DNA from: Ophelia neglecta
Taxonomy: Eukaryota
NCBI GenBank assembly: GCA_965285935.1
Contig: OZ260661.1
Span: 97,960,001-98,024,000 of the forward strand
Length of the DNA stretch: 64,000 nt
Direction of reading: 5' to 3'
Shown: piece by piece, positions 36,688-49,490 of the stretch
How the letters are laid out: every line of letters begins with the position of its first letter
How positions within the stretch are numbered: position 1 is the stretch's first letter
The notes under the pieces: model-generated
What the model was told of the DNA's origin: nothing
The model's input: the letters and a program-made list of their open reading frames with translations, nothing else
The model's database searches: none
Made by a program: the position numbers and the translations under genes

Positions 36688-37694
36688 CGACACCACCCGG
36701 CCCCAGACCAACGAGAGCAGGCCAAACCACGGTCATGAAAGCATCATATGCAGACAAAAAAAAAACAATAAAATAAATCAATTAATTTCGCCAAACTATG
36801 TTGGGAAATCTCATGAAAAACATCAGGTAAATGCTGTCTACAGAATAACAACGGGAACAACATCAGAAATGTTCAAGGCGGTGCTATGAAATATTCACAA
36901 ACTGGATTCTGGGCCGGAATAGTGAACCTGAGGGGGGGTGGGGGATGAGTTAGACGAAAACTAAACTAAATTGATTATTGCCTATAGGCGGTTGTTGGTT
37001 GCGCCAGTGAATTGTAAACAGGTTCCCTTTACTCAAAAAAAGTAAGGGAAAGATGCAGTAAGTTTGCACTTTCGGAAATGTTGAGTGCATTTAACCTGTT
37101 TAACCACTCACAAAACAGCATTATTTAAATATTTGATTTAGACCCCAGACTCATCGGCTTGGGGTCTAAATAGCCTGCACTGAAATCCGTAATGCCAGGG
37201 CATTCAGCTTCTGAGGGCTACACTGCCTGCCTGTTATTCTTTTCAACATTGCATTGTGCATTATGCCGTGTCCATCCGACAACATGACAGTCTTATTATA
37301 CATAAATGTCTATTTCCATATTATGCATTATGGACAAGCCAAGAATGAAAATAGACTGCGCACATAACAGAAAGGACAGCAATAATTTGCACAGCCAAGT
37401 CCTTGATGTAATAACATGATTATAACGATAGACACGTTATTATGCATATTGCAATTTGGAAAACAAAATTCAAAAGTGTGCCCTGAATCGAATCGTTGGA
37501 AACTGTTGACTACTTCTCATTGCAAATGAATTGGACATCTGTTTTCATATTTTTATTTGCACTACAAGCATAATTACGTTTGGGAACAGGAGATTGGTGT
37601 ATGTGGGCCTGTGGCTGTTGGTTACTGATGATGGACTATTTTCTGTTTATGATTTTGCTTTGTCTCCCCCGTATCAGCTCCTTTTTTCATGTTG

Positions 37695-37795
37695 ACCAGG
37701 GATGGGATACTTCACGGTGGAGGCACGTCCCTGAGGGTTTACCGCAGGGGTCCGTGCTAGGGCCCCTATTGCTTATCCTTACATAATCGACATAT
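37695..37795 (+). mobile_element. Short LINE reverse-transcriptase fragment (CR1/L2/Jockey-type)
   Basis: Translates to TSRWRHVPEGLPQGSVLGPLLLI, then after a frameshift IIDI. This matches the conserved non-LTR RT motif GVPQGSVLGPLLFxLYIND. Confidence 0.75.
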
Positions 37796-40700
37796 AACCA
37801 GTTGTACCAGTGTAACTAACCATATATCCCATTGGACGCTGAAACCTCACTATTAATAAGAACTGTTTTTCAAATATGATATTATCACTGCAGCCAACCG
37901 AACTTCATCCCCATATTCTTTCCATTTCATATCGTGCCATTAAACCATATTATCTAATTATAAAGAGTTATTAATTTTGCCCAGCACTGAGCAGTACGAA
38001 GATAATCCAGGATCAGCACTTTTTTTTCAATGTCGCGGATCTGTTGCCCATTAAGCTCCCCCCTCAAGTCCCGCAAATAGTGTTAGTTCTTGAAAAGTAG
38101 GCCTAGTGCACACACTTCTTGTGTTGGTACACGCATCCCCTGTTCCTTAAGTAAGGTTGAGTTTCACACAACATGCATCCAGCCACGCACATGTCTAGTT
38201 GAGTTATCCAGCCCGGCACATTTTCTCTCCAATGTTATTATAAACTGCTGCTTTTTCATTTCATGATTTATGAAGCAACATTTATACAGGATTTTAAAAA
38301 ACAACCTGTTTCCAATTTCCTTAGTAGTTAAAATCAATGGTAAGCCCTGTCGTCTGCACGCATGCAATATAGATTTTGCTACTTCTGGCAATGGCGCTCA
38401 ACGCACTATCCAGTCCACGTCAACTTGTTTTGTTTAACTACTTTTCATTGATTCTCCCCATAAAAAACTTATGGACGGGCTAATAGTGTGGATTTTATTG
38501 CTCACTCGCTGTCTCAAGATGTTTTTTGTTGGAGATCAATAGCCGGTAGATTGTTGAGGGTCTGAATGGTGTCCTTCGTCAAATCTCTCTCGGGAGGCTG
38601 TGTTAATATATATATCCTCTTGAGTGTAACGACTGAAAGGAGCTATGCCCCATACTATGATCTCACCACATGAGAAAGGGGCGTCCTGGCGGTCGGCACG
38701 ATAAACTATTTGAGTAAGGCGTGGTTTTATAACCACCTAGAAAAAAAGGAAGTCACGGTCGGCTCGATTTAATCTCTCTAAGTAGACACCATTGAAAAAG
38801 AGTGATTGATCTATTACAGATGGGCATAGCACTTGTCGTCGGGTGGGGGAGAGGGTGAGCGCACATTGACAAACGAGGGTCTCTCCAATCTAGATCCTAG
38901 TATATAATCATTATATGTAATCGATGTATATTTAAATATATAATAAAATGTGCTGGCTAATACGATTCATGTGATGTGCAGGCCTATGTCATATTTCATA
39001 GATGACGATTGAGGGAATAGATTGAATGGTGTATTGCTCAAATGACTATACATAAATATCTAAGCTACAGTGGGGGTAATTTCATGCCCCGTTTTATTCC
39101 ACACATGCAGGAAACAGCTTGCCTTTCGCTCTTCAGATTACATCCTTTGCCGCATAGGAGTCCACCCATGATGCTTTCATTAAATAAGCCGGGGAAACAA
39201 TTCAGAACTGTTGATACTTAGTTGACCTTCTACATTTAGACAGAATACATGAAAACAATATTTATTTTTCTAAACTCTTCTAGCCAACTCCCACCCCACC
39301 GTTATGCTAACGGTGCCTCCCTGAAGTGATTAAATGTCTTCCTCACCGGGTACATTGTTGTCCGCCAGGCAACAGTTGAGCGGCACTGAGCTACTTGTCC
39401 AAGTTCCTATCGAGATTAACAAGTACAATGTTAGCCTGAGTGCAGGACACTGTATATTGTATTGTTGAATCTAGGCCCAGGTATCAGCCAACTAGATTTG
39501 GCAAGTCACAAGCTTTTCTTATGATCAGAATTGGGAGCAGAGCATGGGAACAAGGCCTAGTATCTGCTAGTCCAGAAGGTACTCTAGTAAGCTTAGTTGC
39601 TCTTAAATAAACATGGAAGGTCATTTTCTGTTTCAGGTTTTTTTCATTAGATGTCAGTTATGACGCATGAGAATATAATAAAGGCACACAGAACACAAGT
39701 AACCATAGAATATTTTAATGAAAAAACATTAAAAGAGTAATCAGATTACACCCGGTTGTAAAACACGAATCTAACATTATACTTTATGTTGGGTTTGCCA
39801 AACAAGGGTTGCCGGGTTGCACACTCTCCACCCACCCCATCTTAAACACTCCTTGATAGGATCTATTGTTGGTTACGGCTATGCTTGCAAGGTGATGGCT
39901 TTATATAAAAATGTATTCAAGATATTACATGTTAAATATGTAGGCTGAAATTCAATCCATGCCCGTGCAAATAAAAATGTTATATGACCTTCAAGGAGAT
40001 AAACACTCAGACAGGACTGTTTGCTGATGTACAAAAGCTTAGAAGCTGATTAAGCAAAGCGCAAGTAAATTGTTGACTGCAAGGTTTAGAAAGCAATATC
40101 AAATTACGTCTCAAAGTACTGACTGACACACTTCAGCAGATGAATCATGTCAAACAATAAGTTGAATAAGTGACATCTCGGTCAACCCGAAAGGTACCAA
40201 CTTATGCCAAATGCATTATTAAAGCGTAAATTCTTTGACTTTACTCCTTCCCATTAAAAATAATGTACACATGCAACTGGAAAAAGCATCACTATGTTTA
40301 GATGAATTATTAGGTTTGTATTTATCCGAGCTGAGAACCAGCAACGTTGGAAAAATTCCCACCCGTTGTCGTAAAGGCTTGGTAAATACATACCATGGAT
40401 GATTTATTTATAATTTAAACGCTAATCTTGTTCATGCTAAAAAATAGCTATAAATGGCATTGAGGGGTACTCCTGGGCTGTAATTCCATGAATAGAAATA
40501 TTAAGTGAACAAATAGTTCAGGTATCTGCCTAAATGGCTTATGCAGGCGTCATTTACTTGTAATTTACAGGCAAGTAGATGCTGTCAAAGATATACATGG
40601 CTGACTCATGTTCATTTTTGGAGACAGCGCCTTCACCTGTGATGACCTCGCCACAGTGGGACTGTAGAAATGTATCGTGCAGGGGTTGACAAAGACAGTC

Positions 40701-43700
40701 AGATCCCGATGGCTGGTAATATTGAAGGTATTTCATCAAGTCTACGCTGGGCAGTGCCAATCATTATTTTGGTTTTGGTATGAAATATCAGATATTGAGT
40801 ATGGCTTCCATTAGGGACAATCGGCTGATGATTTGAGTAACTGGCATGAATTGAGTAGGTAGGCCTGTTATGGAAGTGCTGGAAAGATGCATTCCTGACA
40901 TATATCAACGGTCATTGGACAAGCACTTTGTTGACGACAAAATGAAGATGGTTGTGACATCCGTATTGACGGCAGAGTCATGCCTCAGGCCAGAACTAGT
41001 ACAATATTTTTTTCCTACCTGACATGGATAGCGGAGCACTTGAGGTTGGTCCTGGACCTTATTCGTGTTGCAGTGTATGTGACACCAAAGCTCAACACCC
41101 TGATCATCACAGCTGATCATTTTCTTACTAGATTGTCTCGTGCTTAATATTTCCTCGCCACATGTGCAAGCGAGTTGACTACATCTTAAGCTATTGCCTA
41201 GGTTTCAGGGAAACTGATTGTGGCAGGTAATCACAGATTGCATATCCATGCATACAATTAATCGAAAAAGCAGTCAATGTCAAGGACATATGCACCGGCC
41301 CACTTCTTGTCATCAAGGGTTGCCAGGTCTCCAACCAAACTTTTATAAACAAGTTGTCGAGTGTTTTGTTGAAGGTTTCAGCTATTTGTAGGACTTGCTT
41401 TGAAGTACAGATCAATTATAAAAATTCTATGAAACTGTTTTAATTCGACATGAACAAAGCAACGGAGTCGATAATATTTTGGAAAAAGGTAAACAGTTGC
41501 AGAAAGCATGTACATATTCGCTGATAACAGATATTTAAACTGTTAAACATATATAGGTATATCAATGAATACCTTTAAGATTTAGATCTATTAGAAAAAC
41601 CCGTTGGCTTCGCTCACTTTCAGCCCTCTGGGTCTCCTACCAGCACTTATTGCCCACGCATCACCATACCCCCTCCGCGACCCATCCCATCTTACCCCAG
41701 TCCACCCCCACCATTCCGGCCGACACTTCCCTCAATTCTAAAAATGCCTTATAAAATTAGTAACATTATAACATTGAAACAGGCTGTTTGGACATCTGCA
41801 GATGAGAAGGGGAGCGATTTTAGTGTTCTCTGAAAATGGTTAGGGTCTGAATTTCTGTGGCTCCCATTTCAAGTCTTGAATTCAGTAAAGCTTATATATG
41901 TGCATAGATACATGTTTCTATATCAAAACAACTTTGGAGAATAATGATAGAATTTGTCTTGATGTATATAAAAATGTTACCAGGAATTGCATCTCCGGCT
42001 TTAATGCCAACTGAAGACAGCTCTTGTGATAGCACTCAGCTCGACTGTACTTGCCCTTAAGTTGACACCAGCTAAATCCACCCCTCCCCACCCTCCCCCT
42101 CCCCCTGTAAACACAGATATCACTGGATTTACAGCCAGCGCTGCAATAATACTCAGTACCACGATCTCGCTTCACATCCAGGTTAACAAAATTAATGAAA
42201 CCAGCTATGTATTCAATTCCACCTGCAACATAAATCATAGCTTCATTTTTGTCAGAAAGATAAAATAGAAAAGGCTAGATTACCATAATAGTATAGGCCT
42301 AAAGGCTGTTAAACATATTCTTTTATTATTTAAAAAAGTACCCATTGAAAAGATAGTTTTGACTCAATGAGTTGACTTAGCAACAACCACTTAACTGTTA
42401 CCGGGCCAAGCCTGTTATCCCGGGCTTCAGTTCCAGCTTCCGGGCATTTGCTGCTTGAAGGGTCGTACTAGGCCTATGTACGACGGGCATATCCTCTAAA
42501 CCGGGCATTTCGCGCAAATTCATAGCGCATAGTAGAAGATTGTCCTTTGTTGTTAACTGCAAGGCATTGTGGGGGTACAGCAGATGTTTGTCCTGTCTCA
42601 TTATTTCCGACGTCAAACTCAAGGATTTGAAATACAATATAAATTGTGCCACGTATAACCCTTTCGACCTAAGAAGTGAATAGCACGGTTTGTTATTATC
42701 TTATTCACGTTGCTTTGTAAGTATGATTCAATGGTTCATTGGGATTATTGTAAAGCTTGTCAAATAAATTGAATGAATACTTCTGCAAGAAATCACAAAT
42801 AGGGAGTTTCCCTATGATATGGAATGCTAGACTTGATCCTTCGCTGAAGACGTTTCAGCGCATCAAGGTGCTCAGCCAGTATATACCATCTTCTTCCGCT
42901 TCCGGTCTTAAACCTCTGTTGTTGGGGAGATATCGTATTGACCCAGGAGAGCAGCATCTAGCACGGTCGGATCTGTCAACCTTAGGAAGGAGACTGTCTT
43001 GCACAGCGAAACAGATGTTTTTCGGGAGGAAGGCGGACTTTTCTGAAATATATGAAGTTTGGCTTTTGTCCTCTCCTGAACTTAGTTAATCAGAAACCGT
43101 ACACTGCGTATGTTTTTACCGCATTGAAGGTGACCTTTCGACGGGGTAGATTGTCAGACTCCTTCAATAGAGAATTAAATAACACTAAGAAAACAATACG
43201 TTATGTGTTAATCAAATTACCCGTAAATTCCAGGTAACCCATAATTTTAGCCTCATTTTACCTTGCATAAGTTATCCTTTTTTGCAAGGTCGTTTTTCAC
43301 CGATATAGACATATATATATATTAATAAGAAATAAGCTGTTTGTCATGCTCTATACTAGTAGTGTGCACGCGGGGGTTTAAGAACAACTTGTGCACTTTA
43401 CATTGAAAATATATATGGCTGTATTTCAATTGAAAACTCGATTTAAAGTCACTTTATGAAAATTGTTGCCATACCGTTTGCTTCCCTTTCGATCTTTATA
43501 GAATGACTCGTTTGAATGCTTGAGGCCTTTGCCAAGCTTGCTCTCATACATTCAACTTTAAAAGGATTTGGACGGATTAAGGAACAGCTTAGTTCCTCCT
43601 TTCAATCTCATACACATGGTCCACGTCAGCCTTCATTTTGTAAAATATGCCAGGTCACCCTCTTTTTTTTATCCCGATTTCACTTGAGTGGTATGATTTT

Positions 43701-44047
43701 GCGAAATGTTCGTAGCGACTGGGAGGGAGAGAGGACATTGAAAACGGAAACGGAAGTAACCGGACACATTTTGATACAGACTCTGAAAATCACAGCAGCT
43801 TTGAACTAAATACTGACTACCAGGTTAAACAACTCTTATAAATCAATGGTTATTCAAATGCTTTTCTCAAAATTATATCCTGTAAGATGATGTGGTATCT
43901 TGCTGATGCCTCCACTACCTGTTGGGAGTTTTTTTCTCGGTGAGCTTCTGCTAGCTAGAGTCAATAAATCTGGCGCGACCCAGTTCGTGGGCAGTGTACA
44001 AAAAGGACAAAACGAACGGCGTTGCCGAAAGTAGGGTAACCGGAAAT

Positions 44048-44080
44048 GCTCAAAGCGAAGTTCGCGAGCTCTAGTTTTTT
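44048..44080 (+). mobile_element. Helitron/Helentron-like 3' terminus
   Basis: A GC-rich hairpin gctc-aaa-gcga-agt-tcgc-gagc is followed directly by tCTAG and a T6 run. The other end was not identified. Confidence 0.3.
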
Positions 44081-47000
44081 ATCCACGGTTCATACTAGAT
44101 TATATAGTTAGAAACCGGACGTCCTGCAATTTTTGAAGTTCGCGACGACTTTGTTGTGTTGCCCGAGTATCCCAGCTCTGCTAGAGCTCACAAACTTGGC
44201 CCTGTTTGTCTTGTAAAATGGCAGCCTTCCTGTATCGAATCTTGCTGCGGACGATTTGCAAGGTACATAGCAAGAAACGAGATAGATTTACAAATAATAA
44301 GATGTATATTTTGTATCAAATAATCGATCGTTAATCGAATTCGGCTGTAGCGAAGATCTGTCATTATTTCCCGTTGTTGCCGCATGTTAGTTTGCATTAA
44401 TCGCATTATCGCTCAGACAAGTGGTTGATAAGCAAAATGACTTGCGCAAGATCGTCCTCACCCAAAAGGCTGTTCACCAAAAGAACTCCAAGACCCGAAT
44501 ATACCCGTTCGCTTCAGAAGGTCGCGCATTAAGTTGTAATTTGAATCAAGAAAAGTGACATCCATATGAGGCAGTTTAAAACAACTCTTTGGATTACTTA
44601 CTAGGCCCTATATATACTATTCCAAGGATGTTGAAAAGTAGTTTTGCGTTGAGAAACAAGAATTTTAAACCTTTCAAGCCATGCCCATGACTTAGTGCGG
44701 GATTCCACTGAGCGTTGCAGCTATGCCTCTCTTTCTCTCTCAATTTGCCTTCTGGGACTGTATTATATAGGTCTATAAGTTCTACACGGAACGTTATACA
44801 CTAAATATGGTGTGGCTTTTATATATAAATATAAATTCTATAGTTGAGTTCCTGGCAATTGTTTAAATCCAAATTCTTAACTCTTGCTTAATCAGTTCGC
44901 TGGTGACAGATAAGATGCTTCCTTGGCAGCCTTGGCATGTTAAACCGAGCTTTTCTTATACTCGACCACATAGGCCTAGTGCGTTGCCTTTTCTGAATCA
45001 GCCAGTTTTTGTCGACTGCGCACATTGGAAAGAAAGAGCATGTCGTTCACACTAAAGCACAAATTGACAAAAAGCTATCGAGTAGTAATGTACTTTTGCT
45101 GTCACAAAAGCCGTTGCTCCATTCTAGCTGAGAAGACTAAACCAATGGGAGTTGTAAATTTGACATGTCTTGTACTTATCTGTTTTGGTGTTCTGTGGAA
45201 GGGACCTGTCTGGAAGTTCTTTCAGGACGGTTGAAGGAATCCCTCCCTATCCAAGTTCTCTTCACAGAAATTTGCTTCTTTTTGGCTAGGTATTTCTCTT
45301 TGACAAAGGTGGTAAATACAATTCCTTGATAACGTTAAGGATGGTGAAGCACTCTGGATGAATACCTTAGAAAAGGTGTGTGGAGGTGTCGCGATGAAGG
45401 GTGGGTCAGACAACGCCCCGATCCGTCGAACGGGGGGGGGGGGGGGGTATTGTCAATAGACAATGGCATACTAATGGTTACATCTTATCACCCGGAATTG
45501 CCTAGTGAAATATCACACGTGGTGTGTTTACAATAAGACAGGCGGAAATAAAAACAGACGAATTAATTAAGCATGCGCAGTGATTATAAATTGACCGCGC
45601 TTTTTCGCGTGTTATTGATCGTGAAAAGCCTGTCAGTTGTTACAAGCATGCTGTGTCGAAATTGAAATCGAACTCTTGGATATAAAGAAGATAGACCTCT
45701 CCTACTGGACATTATAATAATTACGCATATTGAAATCGGTGTGGTTTCTTTAAAAAACTGGTTTTTCGTTGAACGTTTAGTATAGTTTTATGAAAATAAA
45801 TTGTAAAAGTTAAACAGTGTTCTTGAGTCCTTTGCCTGGGGGTTAGAGAATATTAATTTCGGCTGGTATTCTACTGAAGTTCACTACTCGTGTTCACTAG
45901 TGCTAGAGATTTAATGGATAATTCGGATCAGAGCTATCATATTACCTGTAGTGCTAGAGCAGAGCAAGACAAGCATACCGGAAAATGCAGATCCAGAAAA
46001 GTTTATAGTGATTCCAGGAAAGTTATATTGTTCAATAGAAAAAAAGCGACCACAATATCCGACAATTATCCCATGAATAGTCAGAACCCCAACTAAATAA
46101 TTTGATTCATTTACTTACCACTTCAAAACAAAAAAAAATCCAATAGGGCAGACAGTTATAATTTTTATCTGCTTAACGAAAAGATTAATTGATGTTTGAA
46201 GCAATGAAGTCAATCAGACCTTGTACGATGAGCTGGATGAATTGATTACACGCTAAGGCCTGACGACTGAGTGCTCCAGGTTAAGATGGACAAAACTGCA
46301 TGTCCGGATGCATGGGATAAACAATGAGCCAATAGTAAAATTACCTTTTCTGGACTCGAACTCTTTCGCTCAGTCTCTTCAATCAAGTACTAGAGCTGGT
46401 GAATATGAAGCTGACGAATGGGTGGAGGTCGTAGCTTTTCAGGTTCACGGGGAGGTACCAGATAGTCCAACAATTACTCTGTTGCCTGTGATGTTTGGTA
46501 AATTTTCACCACTATACTAATCAAGCGACTCACATTATGGGCCGCAGCCGATGTAAAGTTAACTATGCATAAGTCAAGCTGGGATTCTTGTTGCAAATGG
46601 CGAAGTGGATAATCTGTTTGTTACGACTGTCTGTGGAGAAAAATGTCAGGTTGGGAAAAATCGGTAGAGAGGAACACTCAAAATTGTGGTATAAACTTGT
46701 AAATGTATGAATCAGAGGTCGCAATACTAAAAATATGATATAGATCCTTGTACTCAAAAATGAAAACGAAAGTCATTGACATGACAGGGCAACTAGGTAT
46801 ATATAGGTGTAATTAACCTGTGAGAAATACTGTAGGCTACTAGAGGAAAAAACTTTACGTTGACCCTTTGCATCCACTTTCTTTGCTGCAGGTGTTTATT
46901 TCAAAGGATAATTATACTATTATATGCCTATAATGTTTACGTGAACCATATGCCAAATCGCACAGAAATCGACAACTGTCCTCAGGCTAATCTTTAGGTA

Positions 47001-49039
47001 ATGCACACCTGTGTCGTTTCTATCTAAGGCATTAGCAAGGGCCGTTACGGTAAATAACGGTTGATATATTAAAGTCAATCATTATGCTCTCAGGAAACTC
47101 AACATCAAACATGAATTTGATATAGGCCTATTTAGAAATGGCGTCATTTCAGGACTTTCCCGGTTGTTTAGGCTTATTTTCAATCTAAAAGTCAACAGCA
47201 TGAGAAATTAAACATGTGTTTAGGCTATCAAATCCAAGTGAGGTTTAAACTTTAGACATAAGCAGGGGTTTACCGAACCAATATGCCTAGGCCTATATTA
47301 ACTGACCACTATACATGTACATGTTCAGTGCTTGTAATAACCTTTATTTTTCTTGCATACAAATATAGCTAATTACTCTTAATGCCGGCCATTTCATTAT
47401 TATGTTTTTTGATATCTCTGGCGGGTGAATTAACTAGGTAAAATGTAGCTAAGACATAAGTGGAACATCCAGACAGAGCCTCGCGAGGTATCAATGACTG
47501 TAGTACCGAAAATATATAATGTAGGATGGAAAAGGAAGCAACATATGAATAAGGGTTTTTGTAATGAATTTATATAAGTACAGCTGGCCGTTATCAGTAG
47601 TTGAAATGAATAAATTCTTGGCAGATAGAAGCGTTGTTCTCCATTGCAAGCCACTTGATGTCGACTAGCTATTCCTGCATGTAATTGACTACAACCGCAG
47701 CGGTTTTATAGAAACATGCAATTCTTAAATTATTATAATAGATAAATACATAGACCCTATATAGGCAATTTTGGGCGCGGCAGCAGTGTTGTGGCTATGT
47801 TATGGCCCGCCCTTCCACCTTCATTACGTTCGACCAGATGTACGACAAAACTTAAAATTCTACATGCCATTTGTCTGGAAAACGAACGCTAGACTCGAGA
47901 AAATGCCGTCGGTCACGTCAAACACGTCTTTGACAATTGTGGAGGATCAATAAAATCCAGTCAACACCTTCGAAGAAGCTTCGTGCTTTCAAACAGTCAA
48001 TAGCTGGAACAAAACCACTATTGTCACGAGTCAAACAAACGGGGGGGGGGGGGGGGGTTCTATGCATTTTGATAAACAGGGGGGGGGGGGGGGGCTATTA
48101 CTTTATTTATTATGATATGCACTGCCAATTCGATTATTTTTCTCCTGATATAACTGTAAGAGGTCGTAAGATCAATGGAGCGAGTGATGATGTTTAACGG
48201 TACCTTTGTTGCCGTCAGTAACCAGATGGTACCCAAGTTAGGTTTAAACCAATGCTTGAATGTATGTGCTGGTAATACATTGACAGCGTATTGTTCAATG
48301 TCCGTTTTGCCTTATCCTTTCGTTCACAACGTTGCCAGTTTATTCGTATAAATATTGCACACAAATGGCAATTTCCGCTTGTGATCAGACATTGTACTGC
48401 GCCGGGGTCAAGGCGATTGACAACCGTTCTGCTTTGATATCGCGAGATTAACGCGCTCCATGAAAAGACCAATTGTGCTATGATTTAGTATTGAAAGACT
48501 GCCCGAATAATAGATGCTTCAATACAAACCATACATGTTTGCGATAAAACACATGTATACTGGAATCGGTTTTCTTATTCTCGTTCTAAAGGCGGCCACA
48601 TTTATAGTTTGCTCTGTTCCATGTTGCACAACTACAACATATGCACTTGTTTTCTTTTTAGGAGCCACTCACTCAAGATAAACCTGGCTTGTTGCAGCGA
48701 ATGAGCTCTAAAAGGAGTTCTCGCTCAAAACGAAAAGAACAACCTTCAGAAATGATGGGTGAGTTGAAATTTTTCCATATTAAAGTTAAGATTATATAGT
48801 ATTTCCTTCATGGCGCCGCTATGCTCACCATATAGCACATTGAATCTGTTGTCTTAGTTAGAATTATCATCATGGCCTCTGGTGTTTCAAATTCTATATA
48901 ACTATATAGCCCATAGCAGGTCTTTCCTTGTACGTAGTATGCTCTAGACATACTCAGTGCTTTATAAGCTGTGCTGAAGCTTGTGGGCGTACCACTTTGC
49001 TGTTTGATTGAATTCACTCAGGGCAGTATAGCCAGCGTG

Positions 49040-49490
49040 AACACAACTAGGTCATGGTAAAATGGTTCCTTGGTTCTCGCAGCAGATTACTAAGCGTTCC
49101 GAAAGCAATGGCTGTTGAGGCTTTCCCCGTAATGCTTAGAATTATTCAGCCTCTACTGCGTTTTCTACAAGCCTCGATGGCCTTCATGGTGTATACAGCG
49201 TATCTAGCAAGTGGAAAATACCCGTCTTTTATCTCGGTTGGTTGCATGCTGCGAGGGCAGTGTAAGCGTGTCCTTATTGTCAGAGGGAAAGAGTAATTTG
49301 ATGTATTGACAAGCACCCCCTCACCGCTCTGATTTGATGGCGGTACTTCTCTGCTTGCCAGTGCTGTCATCTGGTGAATCGAGAAGGACATTAACAATGC
49401 ATGAGTTTGATGCCTGGTCAGCAGTGTACAGGCAAGCGGTATGTTATTTTCGACACAGACAATGAGTCCCGCAGTTGCCAGGTTGCATAC
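49040..49490 (-). mobile_element. Possible very old LINE ORF2 C-terminal remnant
   Basis: IRTRLHC...KAIEACRKRSRG*IILSITGKASTAIAFGTLSNLLREPRNHFTMT loosely follows VRPxLEY...IEAVQRRAARFV...SVTAMLxxLxWxxLxxRR. Identity is low. Confidence 0.25.

Noticed and set aside
40571-40728. Plus-strand exon candidate (ttacag...gaag|gtattt)
   Set aside because: Stops occur in all three frames.
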